Shown here: positions 1 to 12,439 of the stretch, piece after piece
Layout: each line of letters begins with the position of its first letter
How positions within the stretch are numbered: the stretch's first letter is position 1
Source of the DNA: Mytilus californianus
Lineage: Eukaryota
Length of the DNA stretch: 64,000 nucleotides
Direction: 5' to 3'
Assembly (NCBI RefSeq): GCF_021869535.1
Contig: NW_026262734.1
Location: 40,024,487 to 40,088,486, forward strand
Translations under genes and position numbers: made by a program
The notes under the pieces: model-generated
Told to the model about the DNA's origin: nothing
Seen by the model: the letters and a program-made list of their open reading frames with translations, nothing else
The model's database searches: none

Positions 1-204
1 CGAGTAAATATTTATTATATCCCATATAAACAAAAGAGATTTCAGAAGATAAACATCTTGACCAGAGTCGTTGAAATTTCAGTCCCATTTTCAGCTTAAT
101 CTTTCTCCAATATTAAGCAGAGAAAGGAGAAGGTACACATGGGATTTATTTGCCCTGAAATTATCATAAAATAAGAAATTGCATAATACCAATTAGATAT
201 AAGA

Positions 205-335
205 AGATGTGGTATGAGTGCCAATGAGACAATTCTCCATCCAAGTCACAATTTGTAAAAGTAAACCATTATAGTTCAAAATACGGCCTTCAACACAGAG
301 CCTTGGCTCACACCGAACAGCAAGCTATAAAGCAA
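205..335 (+). mobile_element. SINE-like short interspersed repeat, subfamily B copy
   Basis: gatgtggtatgagtgccaatgagacaattctcca...ggccttcaacacagagccttggctcacaccgaacagcaagctataaag; inverted near-identical copy at 7215..7375. Confidence 0.6.
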
Positions 336-1443
336 TTGTTAACTTTAACTTGGCTAAAGAACCAATAGAATTGAAATATTTTAAACTGAAACTGGGTTGT
401 GTTAAAACAATACATAAACTCATTAAATTCTGGAATTTAAGAAATTTGGAAATATATTTGATTTGACCTCAAGTCATTTCATCCTCTTCAAGGGAGACAA
501 ACATCATGATATGGATCTTTATGCTCTCCTCAATCAAGATAAATATGAGTTGTCCCCTATATAAAATAATGTCCTGAGTTGGATCTTTATGATTAAATTC
601 TACTGGCATTTGCTGTAGGAACAGTAGATAAGAGTTATCTCCTGTATATACCAGATATATTTTAGGGAGACAACCATCATGACCTTTCTTAAAGTTCTGT
701 TGGTTCAAGCCAAGGAAAATATGAGTTATCTCCCATGCAAAGCAGAGAGATTTGCATAAGATAATCCTTATGAGACATATCCTTATTGTTGTATAAGTTA
801 ATTGTAAGAATAATAATATATACTTACCTATTTCTGTGGTAAAAAGGCAAGTATAAATTATAGTTCATATAAATTATGAGATTTTGAGGAAACAACTTTA
901 TGAGAAGGATCCATATAGGTAGATCACATGTTGAAGAAAATGTACAAATTTAATAATGAGTTATCTCCCATATCGAGAATGGATATATTGAGTTTTACTC
1001 TAGGTTTTTTCTATACACAAGGTAAAATTCAATTAAGTGTACTATTTACATGCAGTGAAGAGAGATGTGAAGAATATATAATGATGAAATCATGTGAAGA
1101 CTATATAATAATGAAATCCTTTTCTTCAGAGCTTTGTCACAACATATAAAAGTGACCAATGAAAATATCAACAAAAAATTTAAAATGTACCAAAAAAATA
1201 AAAGAATCACAAACTGTATCTGAGTGAAATGTTCTACTGTTCGACTGAGTATTAATTTTTCACAAACTGATGTTACCTTTTATTGAGCATTCATTCACCA
1301 GTACCCCCTCGTTTAGAATATGAAATATTTGCCACTAATAAATAAGCAAACAATATTCAATCACTAACTTATCAGCACTAATGATTAGTTATAATTACAT
1401 GTATCTTTTACGAAGATTTGATTAATGTAATTTACCTTTGTAG

Positions 1444-1509
1444 AAACTGTATTGGAATGAACTTTGCACAGAATGAAGAAAAAGTGATGATAGCGAGAAT
1501 TATCAAAAG
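1444..1509 (+). CDS. Cytochrome P450, penultimate coding exon (heme-binding Cys region), gene 5' part outside window
   Basis: Acceptor ctttgtag|aaactg, donor aaaag|gtatga; translation (N)CIGMNFAQNEEKVMIARIIK(R) matches the P450 signature FxxGxRxCxG tail (NCIGMxFA) seen in CYP3/CYP4-clan enzymes; phase continues into exon at 3787. Confidence 0.7.
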
Positions 1510-2609
1510 GTATGATGACTGCACTACAATCTCATATTAAACAGTTAGACAAATACAAACCTTCCACATCTAAGAAAATTCAGACAGATTTAAGAGCATT
1601 AAAGATATCACATATTATCACAAAAGCAAGTAGTAATTCAAAGAGAAGTGCTTTCAAATTTGAAATCACTTTTTATTTTAGTTAGGAAAAACCAGAGACA
1701 TATATACTATACTGTATTTATATGTCTCTGGAAAAACTGAATTATATAATATTTGATATTTTTTGCTTGTTTGTTAATGACAGGGATAAGTGCTTAAGTA
1801 TGCATGGAGTAAACTTAAGTACCTAGTGTCAATAACTGACCTTTGACCTTACATTTTGTTTTACATACCAGCAAATCAAGTACACCTAGCTTATTATAAA
1901 TACATAGACTAGTACCAGCTAGTAAGGTGATAAGTTTGTAGAATTCTCATTTTTCACTATGACTACAGAGCCAAAATATGTAATAAAGCATGTGAAAACT
2001 GGTTCCCCTGAGTCCTTAGTTATTGTATTACAACTATGCACAATGACCATAAAATTAATTGACATCAAAAAGTCTTGATATTACACAATCACAGATTTGA
2101 CATATAAATTGAGAAAGGAATCATATGGAATGGGTGTTTATGTGATACAAATCCATGAAATACAAGAAAATATCCATTATATATAGAATAGCTAATCAAA
2201 GAATTCAAATATTTTTTTTTAGTTATCATTGAAGATATTGATTTGATATTTTTTACATAGTTTAACCATGACAAGTAATAGACCAAGTTCGAATTTAGCT
2301 CTGTTCAGATGATTTTTTTGCAGAGTTATGGTCCTTGGACTAAGAAAATATAATATAAAAATATAATGTTGATACAACTCCTTTAGTGAAACTTTTTAAT
2401 ATATTCAGTTAGCATTTTGTTCCAGTACAATGCATTTTTAACTGGTAGGGGACAATGTATTGGCATGCAATAATCTCAGAATGCTTGTTCATTTTATTAA
2501 TGGAAATAAAGTATAAAATACAAGGAACTATATCTTTTTCTATGCATTCTCAATTCTTTTTGATGTAATGTCATTGACAATGTCTTGACAACGACACCAG
2601 AGGCGTCAA

Positions 2610-3445
2610 TAATATATTAGTTTGTGATTAGGTCTAGTTCATGGTGAACCACTAGTAGTAGGTCAATGATATTTGGTATGCAGTTGTATTAGCATTGGCA
2701 CATCTCATTACCATGGAGATTATTTGGCCCTGCCCCCTCAGTCAAGGTCTATTGACTTTGAAACTTTGCTTAGTTTACATGTATTAGTTTGTGATTAGGT
2801 CAGTTTATGGGGAACCACTAGTGGTAGGTCAATGAAATTTGGTATGCAGTTGTATAAGCATTGGTATATCTCATTTCCATGGAGATTATTTGGCCCTGTC
2901 CCCTCATTCAGGGTCTATTGACTTTGAAACTTTTGCTTAGTTTTCATGTATTAGTTTGTGATTAGGTCAGTTTAAGGGGAACTGTTAGTGGTAGGTCAAA
3001 GATAATTGATATGCATTTGTATAAGCATTAGCACATCTCATTTCCATGGAGAATATTTGGTCCTTACCCCTCAGTCATGGTCTATTGACTTTGAAACTTT
3101 TACTTAGTTTACATGTATTAGTTAGTGATTAGGTCAGTTTAAGATGAACCACTTATGTTAAGTCAATGATATTCAGTATGCAATTGTATTGGCATTTGCA
3201 AGTTTCATTTCCATGGAGATTACTGGTATATAACCCCACCCCCTAATTATGGTTCATTGACTTTGAAACTTTTACATAGTTTACAAGTTAATGTTTGTGT
3301 TTAGGTTTGTTTACAGGGAACTACTTATGAAAAGTCAATAGTATTTGGTTTGCAGTTGTATTAGCATTGGCACATCTCATTTCCAGGGAGATTGTTAAGC
3401 CCTGTACCTTCAGTCATGGTTCATTGACTTTGAATATTTGCATAA
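2610..3445. repeat. Tandem satellite, about 166-bp unit x5, inside the last P450 intron
   Basis: Unit starting gtattagtttgtgattaggtcagtttatgg...ccatggagattatttggccctg...ctattgactttgaaactt recurs at ~2614, 2782, 2947, 3115, 3278. Confidence 0.85.
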
Positions 3446-3786
3446 CTTATATGTTAAAGTATTGCTATTTTAATTTCAACATTTGCATTATCAAAATAAC
3501 AAATAGGCGAGACATATCTCTGTGTTAACAGTTTATTAAACTACAAAATAACAGTATTTCATTGCAATGTAATAATTCAAAGTAGCAGTACTTTTTTTGC
3601 TGTTGTTCTACATTGATAAAAGGAGCATTTATAATGTCTTTTATATTGACCTGTTTCAGTGATATTAAACGTACCTCATTTTTTTCATACAGTTTATTTG
3701 CCCAGAATAATGGATTGAGATAATCTGTACTTTTTAATTTTAGATCATCAGTTATACATTATATATGATTTAATTTTTTTGAACAG

Positions 3787-3892
3787 ATTTGAAATATCAC
3801 TAGATCCAGATCATGTTGTTGAACCTTTCATGGAGGTTGTTTTGAGGGCAAAAACTGGTATCATGGTGAATTTCAAAGAAAGAGACTTGTGA
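3787..3892 (+). CDS. Cytochrome P450, terminal coding exon with stop codon
   Basis: Acceptor tttttttgaacag|atttg; split codon AG|A = R; translation RFEISLDPDHVVEPFMEVVLRAKTGIMVNFKERDL* is a typical P450 C-terminus (L-helix then beta-sheet tail); TGA at 3890..3892. Confidence 0.7.
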
Positions 3893-4401
3893 AAGACTTC
3901 TCAAGATGTTTATTTCTGCAATGATGGCTAATTTGCTTAACAAGAGTTAATACATGCACTTCAGAGTATAAAATCATTTTTTGAAGCTATAAAATTACCA
4001 CTGCTTGAACAAATTAAAGCAAGAATCACATTATCAAGGAGTGGCAAGAGAGATTTTTGTCAAAAAAAATTTCAAATGTTTTTAAAAAATCCATCAACAA
4101 GGGAGATAAATCAGGAAAGTGGTACAGTGCTTTATAAAATTAATATATCTTTTAAAACTGAAGATACCACAAAAGGAGATTATTCATACATTATTTAATG
4201 ACATTTACAATTTTTGTATTTGTTGTGTGTATTTGTAACATTGGTAAAGAAAGTTGTGCAAATTGTTTTAGTTTGTAGCATTTCTAATACATGTATTAAG
4301 CTGGTTGTACTCACATGTTACAATTAGAATGTGTTATTAAGGAAGGGATTTGCTTTGAGAGTGTTGTTGGTTGGATACCAATTACGTGTTTCCCACTGTT
4401 A

Positions 4402-4407
4402 AATAAA
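4402..4407 (+). promoter_or_regulatory. Candidate polyadenylation signal AATAAA for the P450 transcript
   Basis: AATAAA about 510 nt downstream of the P450 stop codon, followed by T-rich stretch. Confidence 0.3.
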
Positions 4408-5245
4408 ACTTCCAGTGAAATGCAATCTTTTAATTAAAAAGTATTGTTCCTAGAATGGAGTCATGATTTGTTTTTTTGAAAATTCAGAAATTGGTCCTTA
4501 AATGGTAAATGAAATACAAAATTTATGAATTTAATTCAATTGTATCTGAAAATATTCATGATTATAATAAAAATGTATGCATCAAACCCAATATTTTCAT
4601 CTCTCAATTTTCAGCTGCATAAAGCAGAATATCAAAACAAAAATGGTTACCTATATATTCACACCTTTCAAAGCTCGCCATGTTTTACAGGCAAAATACT
4701 TAAATTTGTTACTTTTCAATGCTTTTTGAATTGTTTATTGTTTTTTTTTTTATTTATTAATATTTTGTATTTAATGGACTTTTTTTGCCTCAGTCAATGC
4801 AAGTAATATTTATATTATTTCTGTGCTATTTGAATATTAATGTTTATTGTTTTTATACATGTACATTTGTTTTTGAATGTTTTATACTTTTATTTGATGG
4901 AGTATTTATGCCTCAACTGCAATTGCAGCAGGTAAATTATTCACTGTCTGTGTGTATGCCAGAATCTTTGTTAATTCATACATTCTGGTTATTGTTGTTG
5001 TAACATAGTCACTTTTTGAAAACGCATTAACTTGAAGTTAAGCAATAATCAATCAATCATTCTGATTCAACCAATTGTTTTAAGGTATTTTTATGTGAAG
5101 TAAGGACACAAAACTTAATACAGCATATAACTACCTATAAATTATACATGTAATAAGATATAAACTTTTTAATGATAAAAATTTTTTAATTTTTTTAATA
5201 CAAGATGTTCATTGTATTGTACAATATAACTGAGACTACTATATC

Positions 5246-5335
5246 ACATTATAAAATAATGAACGAAAAACAAATATGATATACAGCAACAAACGACAAC
5301 CACTGAATAACAGGCTCCTGACTTGGGATAGGCAC
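5246..5335 (+). mobile_element. SINE-like repeat, 3' fragment
   Basis: aaaaacaaatatgatatacagcaacaaacgacaaccactgaa...gggataggcacat shared with copies at 6600..6700 and 63950..64000. Confidence 0.55.
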
Positions 5336-5624
5336 ATGTGTTATAGTAGTCTCAGAATATACAAAATATATGATTTGACTGGAATTTTATAGCCAAATGA
5401 TAAAAGTTAAATACAGATGTACATGTATTTGGTAAAAGATCTGAGAAACTTTTATGTGAAGCTCTTGTCATATCAACAGTAAACATTAAACAATGTAGCT
5501 TCCCAAAATGTTTGTGAAAAAGTGGCGAGAAATTATGTCCAAATATACAAAAGGATTAATTTTGTTACATAATGCTGCCTATTTCATCTTGGAGTTACTT
5601 GTTGGTGTGGAAGTGTCCAGTGGA

Positions 5625-5880
5625 CAATATGAAAATAAGGAGAAGTGGTTTTATTGCCAATGAGACAACTATCCGGCAGAGATCAAATGACATGAATACC
5701 AGCAATTATAGATCACTGTATGGCCTTCAACAATGAGAAAAACCTATACTTTGTAGTCAGTTATCAAAGGCCCAGACATGAAAAATGTGAACAAAAAACA
5801 GCCTAATTTTAACAATACAATTTACGAAAAACAATTATGACAGACGTGAACCAACGACAACCACTGAGAAGTTTACTTTC
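5625..5880 (+). mobile_element. SINE-like repeat, near full-length diverged copy
   Basis: ttgccaatgagacaact...cactgtatggccttcaacaatgag...acgacaaccactgag shares head, core and tail blocks with 6420..6700. Confidence 0.6.
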
Positions 5881-6419
5881 TATATCCCATTTAATATATG
5901 CTTATATAATTACATTGTAGTGTTTTGTAAGATTTTAAATTTTTTCAAACTCTATAGTTTGTGTTAAATATGGAAGAGTCATTAATAAACATTTGATAAT
6001 TAATTCATTTGTTTTGACTCATACTTGTTTCTTCAATAACTGTTAATGTCTGACATTTTTTATAATAGCATGCCTTCTATTAGTTAATTATTTCGACATG
6101 TTAGTGTCTCATGGTCAGTGAAAACTACTTTAGAAAAAAGAGCATGAAGAGGTCTTAGGCTAAAATGTCTTGAAATAATAAAATGCAGAATAACAATATT
6201 ATAAAACAGTAAATATTCTGAAGTAGTTTTGATGGTCTAAATGTTGTTTACTTTTGTTGAATATTGTAATATTATGTAATTTTGAGAGAAAATAATAAAA
6301 TTTAAAGAAAAATAAGTTGTCTCTGTCAATTCTAAGCATATTCTGATACCTCTAGGTATCTCCTTTCTTATCCATCTAAGAATTGGATGTAAATAGCAGA
6401 TCTATATATAAAAATAAAA

Positions 6420-6700
6420 AGATGCGGTATGATTGCCAATGAGACAACTCTCCACAAGAGACCAAATGACATCTAACAGAAGTTAACATCTATGGGTCAC
6501 AGTATGGCCTTCAACAATGAGCAAAACCCATACCTCATAGTCGGCTATAAAAGGCCCCGAAATGACAAATGTAAAACAATTCAAACGAGAAAACAAATAG
6601 CCTGATTTATGAATAAAATAATGAAAGAAAAACAAATATGATATACAGCAACAAACAACAACCACTGAATTGGGATAGGCACATACAGAATGTGGCGGGG
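6420..6700 (+). mobile_element. SINE-like repeat, full-length reference copy (~270 bp)
   Basis: gatgcggtatgattgccaatgagacaactctcca ... cacagtatggccttcaacaatgagcaaaacccatac ... ggccccgaaatgacaaatgtaaaacaattcaaacgag ... aaaaacaaatatgatatacagcaacaaacaacaaccactgaattgggataggcacat; same blocks at 21175, 63775 and others. Confidence 0.7.
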
Positions 6701-7214
6701 TAAAACTAGTTTGGAGGTGCCAACCCTCCCCTATAGTTCTCCCTGTATAATTTATTTCCAACTTGTTTAGAGCTGGATATATTGTATAGACACTAAAGTT
6801 AACTATCAGTAAGGACCTATGTTGACCATTAGTCATAGATATATAGATCTGTTTTTGGTCGCATTGTTGATATTCTATTTCACAGAACAGGAACAGGGTA
6901 ATGGGCAAGCGCAACTGTTTGAAAAAGAAAAGTTAATGATTTTGAGTACATTAGCGTATATCTATTGATTTTTTTACTGTTATTGCAGACTTCGTCCCCA
7001 TATTAAATATAAACACATATGAAAAAGCCCAAGCCAAGATAATTAGAACTGAGGGTAAGATTTCCAGTCCTTGACAAGGAGTGTCAGTTTCGGAGACAAT
7101 AGACAATTTTAACCAGGGAGTCTGTGATTTTCATATTTTGTATTTTTTCCTGTATTTTGATTCTTTTTCATACAGGTTTAAGATCAAATGGATAAAAAAC
7201 AGTTAAAAAGTCAG

Positions 7215-7375
7215 GAAAGATGTGTAAATTATGCCCCTTTATAGCTTGCTGTTCGGTGTGAGCCAAGGCTCCGTGTTGAAGACCATACTTTGAACTATAA
7301 TGGTTTACTTTTATAAATTTTGACTTGGATGGAGAGTTGTCTCATTGTCACTCATACCACATCTTCTTATATCTA
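7215..7375 (-). mobile_element. SINE-like repeat, subfamily B, inverted relative to copy at 205..335
   Basis: Reverse complement reads gatataagaagatgtggtatgagtgacaatgagacaactctccatccaagtca...ggtcttcaacacggagccttggctcacaccgaacagcaagctataaagggg. Confidence 0.6.
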
Positions 7376-7696
7376 TCTTTGCCAGGATTTGGTCAATAGC
7401 AACCACATGGGTGTTAACAAACAAAAATCTTCCTTCCAAGGAGTCTTTCCATTATCAAGTTCCCATGGAAAACAAGCTTCCCCACAGACCTTCAATAAGT
7501 AATACATCATAACAAAAACAATAAAATCGGAAATAGCAACCATATAATGTGCAATTAAAAAAAAACTGATATTTTACTATTTTATATGAAAACATACATT
7601 AACTCAAAATATCACAAAAGATCACTCAATCTAAGTCAAACTGCAATGTTCAACATAAACAATAAATTGCAACATATAAATCATGAGAAAAAACTT

Positions 7697-8503
7697 TTAA
7701 AATCTTCGTTTTTTGCTTGTTGTAAAGGTCATTCTGTTTCCACCAGGTGGGGCAGTTTCTCTTTCTTCAAGTTCTGATACTTGTTCTTTCAATAGACGAA
7801 CCTCTCTTTCATACTCGTTTTTCATGTGTTGTAATTTCATTCGGAATATTTCCTGATTTGTTGATGACCCATGTGCTGTTGAACTTGGTATTTTTTGTCG
7901 AAGTTTTGCCAGTTTACCTTCATATTCCATAGACACTCTAACAATCTCAGCTTCAGATTCCCTACTAGATATTTGTAATTTTTCTTTCAATTCTTCTACT
8001 TCTGAATTCTTTTTTCTTAAGGAAATTTCATTTCTCTCTTTCTCATTTTCTAATAAAATTTTCATTGAATTTCTAACCCCTTCTTTCTGTTTTTCATTAT
8101 CAATAGTTATTTCCTCTATAATTCTTAAATGTTGTCTTTCTTTCTCATCCATCTTTAAATTTGAATCTTCAATATCTGCTTTTAGCCTCTCTAAATTAGC
8201 TTTAACTTCCCTGTTTTCCTCCTCAACATCACAAATCCTATGTAAACTTTTATGTGTAGAATCCAGAACAGTTTGTAAATGGTCAATTTGATTCTCAAGC
8301 TCTTCATTTTTAGACACAAGCTTTTGTTTATCATGAGAAAGTGTATTAACATCCTCCACTAGTTTTGACTTCTCCTTCATCAAACTTTCGATAAAATTTT
8401 GCCAGTGATCAAAAGATTTCTGAAAGTCATCTAAATCATTACTACCGACACTTTTTCTTTTCACTGGCTCTGTCCAAGTTTCAGCCAATTGTATTTTCTC
8501 CAT
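7697..8503 (-). CDS. Coiled-coil protein of unknown family, 268 aa single continuous ORF
   Basis: 807-nt stop-free ORF in a ~33% GC genome. Protein is charged and heptad-rich (LKEQVSELEERE, LERLKADIEDSNLKMDEKERQHLRIIEE) with no recognisable catalytic motif. A polypyrimidine-CAG acceptor (tttctgtttcag) lies 5 nt upstream of the ATG, so the 5' UTR may be spliced. An in-frame stop lies 10 codons upstream of the ATG. Confidence 0.55.
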   Translation of the reverse strand: MEKIQLAETWTEPVKRKSVGSNDLDDFQKSFDHWQNFIESLMKEKSKLVEDVNTLSHDKQKLVSKNEELENQIDHLQTVLDSTHKSLHRICDVEEENREVKANLERLKADIEDSNLKMDEKERQHLRIIEEITIDNEKQKEGVRNSMKILLENEKERNEISLRKKNSEVEELKEKLQISSRESEAEIVRVSMEYEGKLAKLRQKIPSSTAHGSSTNQEIFRMKLQHMKNEYEREVRLLKEQVSELEERETAPPGGNRMTFTTSKKRRF

Positions 8504-9299
8504 TATATCTGAAACAGAAAATTTTAAGAACTTTTAATATGTGCTCATAAAAACAATGGTCAAAGTTGAGTTTGATTATTGGAGTACCCTTGAATAAATA
8601 TGTGCTTGTGCATCAACAGACAAAAAGTTCTCTAAAACTGAGAAACATACAGTTAGAGTTTATTATTTTAATTTTTTCCTCTCATTCTCAGTTGATTATT
8701 TTGTGAGTAAATGTATCATGGAGAGAATGACCATGTGTCATAATGCATGTACCTTATTTAATGTTCAAATTGGCTTTTTTAAGCTCATTGTTTACAAATG
8801 AAAGGTGATGTCCGGCAAATTTCAATGAAACAGCAACCTAACAAAACAGAAAAATTAAAAAGACATCTCGAGGGTGGTATGTTGTCCTGTTTGGTATTTT
8901 TGTGATTCCTTTTATCCTTTATTGTATTAATTTAGTCAATATACAGTCTTCAACAATATATATATGGATGTACAATATTTCAAACGCCAAATTACTGGAG
9001 TCTTGTAAATGTGTGAATAAATTTAACAGAGACTGTTAAACAAATGCCATCAACACCAAATTCCACAAAATTACCAAATAAAATGACATTAAGACATATA
9101 TATGACAAGAAAAAACTACTTTAAAAAAAAGAAAAAATGAAAACAACACTTTATAAATTTTACGTGTCCGAAGCAATTTGAAATCCAAGCTGTATAAGAA
9201 CAGAAAAAGAAACAGTCAAAGAGTTAATATGACCAAAAGGGACCTACAAAAAATAGCCAAATCAAATCTAAGCTGTCAACTGTGCATGAGGGAGTTGAA

Positions 9300-9700
9300 A
9301 CGTTACTGCAGAGTTTCCGAAATCTTTTTTCCCTTGGTGGTCCATGAAGAAAATCTGCTGGTCCTAACTATTATTTCTATTGCATAATACCAAAATTGTG
9401 TTGGTCCTTTGCAAAATTTTGGTGGTCAAAACCTTCGGACCATCACTTTTCCAGAACTCTTTATAATTTATAAACGGACAATTTTAGACAGGTTTGCAAA
9501 GTTCGTTACTTCAGTGGTTCTAAAGGCTTTGAAAAATCAATTGGACATTTGGTCCAGTGAAACATTCTTCTTAATTGGACCAGATTCTTTTTACAGGACA
9601 TTTACACCTATGATTTGGACAAAATTAATAATTTTACTGGTCATTTGGTCGAGTAATGCATATCACTTAACTGGACCAAACCAATTTTCACTGCGACCTT
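9300..9700. repeat. Degenerate short-period repeat (TGGTCC/GGACCA-containing ~35-bp units)
   Basis: Recurring ttggtggtccat, ctgctggtcct, tgttggtccttt, atttggtccagtg, aattggaccag, aactggaccaaacc; explains the 97-aa ORF 9409..9702. Confidence 0.5.
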
Positions 9701-10454
9701 AGGAATGACTGTTACTTGAGACAGGCACATATATATGTGGTAGGGTTAAAGTAACTTTTGAGTTCTCAATGCCCCTTATATAATCTCAATCAGTGGACTT
9801 AAACTTAACAAAAGAACATACAATATGAAAAAAGATCAGTACAATTACCGATACACCAAGTTTTGTGTCCAAGTTCAGTTTCCATAAACCGGGTGTAAGC
9901 CACAGTAAGGATGCATCTAGTGGAGCATGACAACTTCTTACAAAAAATGTGTATAACTCTGACCTACATTTTAGATTATTTGTGTCGGAATAAGTGGCCT
10001 ACAATTATCTAACTCTGTGCAAGGGTACATCTATGGTCAAAAGCACTATCCTATAAAAGGTCACTTTGACCTACATTTTATGCTTCATTGAATGACTTGT
10101 ATCAAGTTAAACATCAAGATTTCATACAATCATATAACTTATGTGTAAAGATGTGTCCAAAAGAGTATATATGACAGCCTAATACAAAAAGTAGGTCTAT
10201 TTACATCTAAACTGTAAGATGACTTCTTGTAGGAGTTATTGCCCTTAAATGATAAATTTTACAAACTTTTTGTAATCTGCTAAAATTAAAATAGAAAGAC
10301 ATACATTTTATATATCAAAATTGATAAGTAAGACAAGATCTAAAAATAATCCCTTATAAGAGTTATCACTCTTGAATGATGACTTTTACCATTTAAATTA
10401 TGCCATTTTTACCTATTATTTTGAAACAATGATAGATAAAGAGAATTTTAGAGA

Positions 10455-11458
10455 GTAATAAAATGCCCTGCAGGCACAGATTGATAAGACTGCAGAGGTT
10501 GAACCCTGAACAGTTGGGGAAAGTATGAACACAACATTAAAGCTGGATACAGCTCTGAATTTGGATTGTGATTTAATAGTGGACTCAGCATAGGTTTCTG
10601 ACACAGAATGAATGTGGTCTAAGAAATTAAAAATTTGAAATTGGACATTTACCTATTACGGTCCAATTATCAAAATCTAATTACATGGGTAGATTCAGCA
10701 TATCAAAGAATCCCAAGAATTTAATTTTTGATGAAATCAAACAGTTTGATTTTGGACAATTTGGACCTCAATGTGGACCAATATGAATCATGATTCCAGG
10801 CCCAAAATCCAAAATCTAAATATGTGGTTAGATTCAGCATATCAAAGGACCCCATATATTCCATTTTTGTAGAAATCAAACGAAGTTTCATTTTGGACCC
10901 AAATTTGGACCAACTTGAAAACTGGGCCAAATCAAAAATCTTAATTTGTACATGTTTATATTCAGCATATCAAAGAACCCCAAGAATTCAATTTTTGTCA
11001 AAAATTAAAATATGTTTAATTTTGGACCCTTTGGACCTTAATGTGGACCAATTTTAAAATCAAGCCCAAAATCATAAATCTAAATACAAGAATTCAAGAC
11101 TTTGAATTACACCACATTGAAATTGGTCAAGAAATAAGCAATTTATACAAAGTATTAGAAAAGTATTGTTTTTTTGGCCCCTTTTTTCTTAACTGTTAAG
11201 GCCATAACCCCAAAATTCAAACCTTCCTTTTTTGATATGGAACCTAGTGATTCAATTTCATAGAGATCCATACACTTATGGGCAAGTTATTATACTGAAA
11301 CCAGAAAATCCTTGTTTTTTGGCTCTCTTTATGGCCCCTAATTCCTAAATGGTTTGGGCCATAACCCCCAAAATCAATCACAACCTTTCTTTTGAGGTAT
11401 GGAACCTTGTGGTACAATTTCATACCATTATAGACCGCAAAAATTTTGGAGTCGTATA
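10455..11458 (+). mobile_element. Composite hairpin-ended element (Helentron/HINE-like), copy E1; related leader repeats extend back to ~9900
   Basis: Left end ataaaatgccctgcaggcacagattgataagactgcagaggttgaaccctgaacagttgggg (degenerate family terminus). Internal ~133-bp satellite in reverse orientation (10620..11100), then diverged ~160-bp satellite units. Right end hairpin tatagaccgcaaaaattttggagtcgtata at 11429..11458. Confidence 0.6.
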
Positions 11459-12439
11459 AATAAAAATGATCGACAAGGCATTAGATCTGAAAAAAGTCCA
11501 CATTGCTGAAATCGTTGGTCAACTCTTTACAATAAGATAATTATAAAGTATAGACAATAAAACAGACAATTGTACAGTAAAAAAACAGGGTGACAGTGGC
11601 TTTCACATGAGAATTTAAAAATATATATAATAATAAATGGCTACAATATTCGAGTATTCTTAAATAATCATTAATTATCATGTACAAAAATATTAACATA
11701 CAAAAAAAATTTAGACTTTTTTTCTGAATGAAAGACAATCATTATAAAATTGTATTTTGCAATGATTTTGATAATGAATGGTGTGCTGCTGCTCAACAGT
11801 GAGGACAGTCTTTGCAATCAACCACAGTCCCACCAGCCCAGGCTTGTAAAAATGCTGTCGGGCCTGTAAAAATCTTCTCTACAATCCAATAGAATCTAAC
11901 TAAGATTTTGTAAAATTAAACTTCGGGCCTGTAGATTTAAAAGTATATCGTGAAGACTGTGAGGAGATATGATTCAGTGATATTACTGAATGCAATTTGT
12001 ACAATTAAAATATCTGTTTTTTTTTTTTTTTTAGATAAGTACCTCTTAATAAGGCATAGCATGGACAAGAAAAGTCTGAAAAGAAATGGTATTCATCTTC
12101 AATTTGTTCTCTGTCTCTGTCTGGCATAAGCATAATGTTTTCTTTCAATAGCTAGGGAATGGGAACTGAGTTTAAATTTACCAAGGACTGATCTGTCAGA
12201 TTTTGTTTAATAAATAATTAATATCAATATAAGGGGGTTGTTTCTCAACTTTTTTATATGAATATTATGAAAAAAAAAAAATAGCTTTTCACATTTTTGG
12301 ATTGAACAGTTCGAGTTTTGGAGAGCCAGATCAATGATCATTTGTTGGATATTATATGAGTTAGTGCCCTTACATGACAATTTTTACTATTTTTTTGCGT
12401 TTTTGCCAATTATCTTGAAAACTATAATAGATAGATAAT

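Noticed and set aside
9409-9702. 97-aa ORF MQNFGGQNLRTITF...
   Set aside because: Lies in a degenerate short-period repeat (TGGTCC/GGACCA units); periodic amino-acid pattern follows the DNA repeat.
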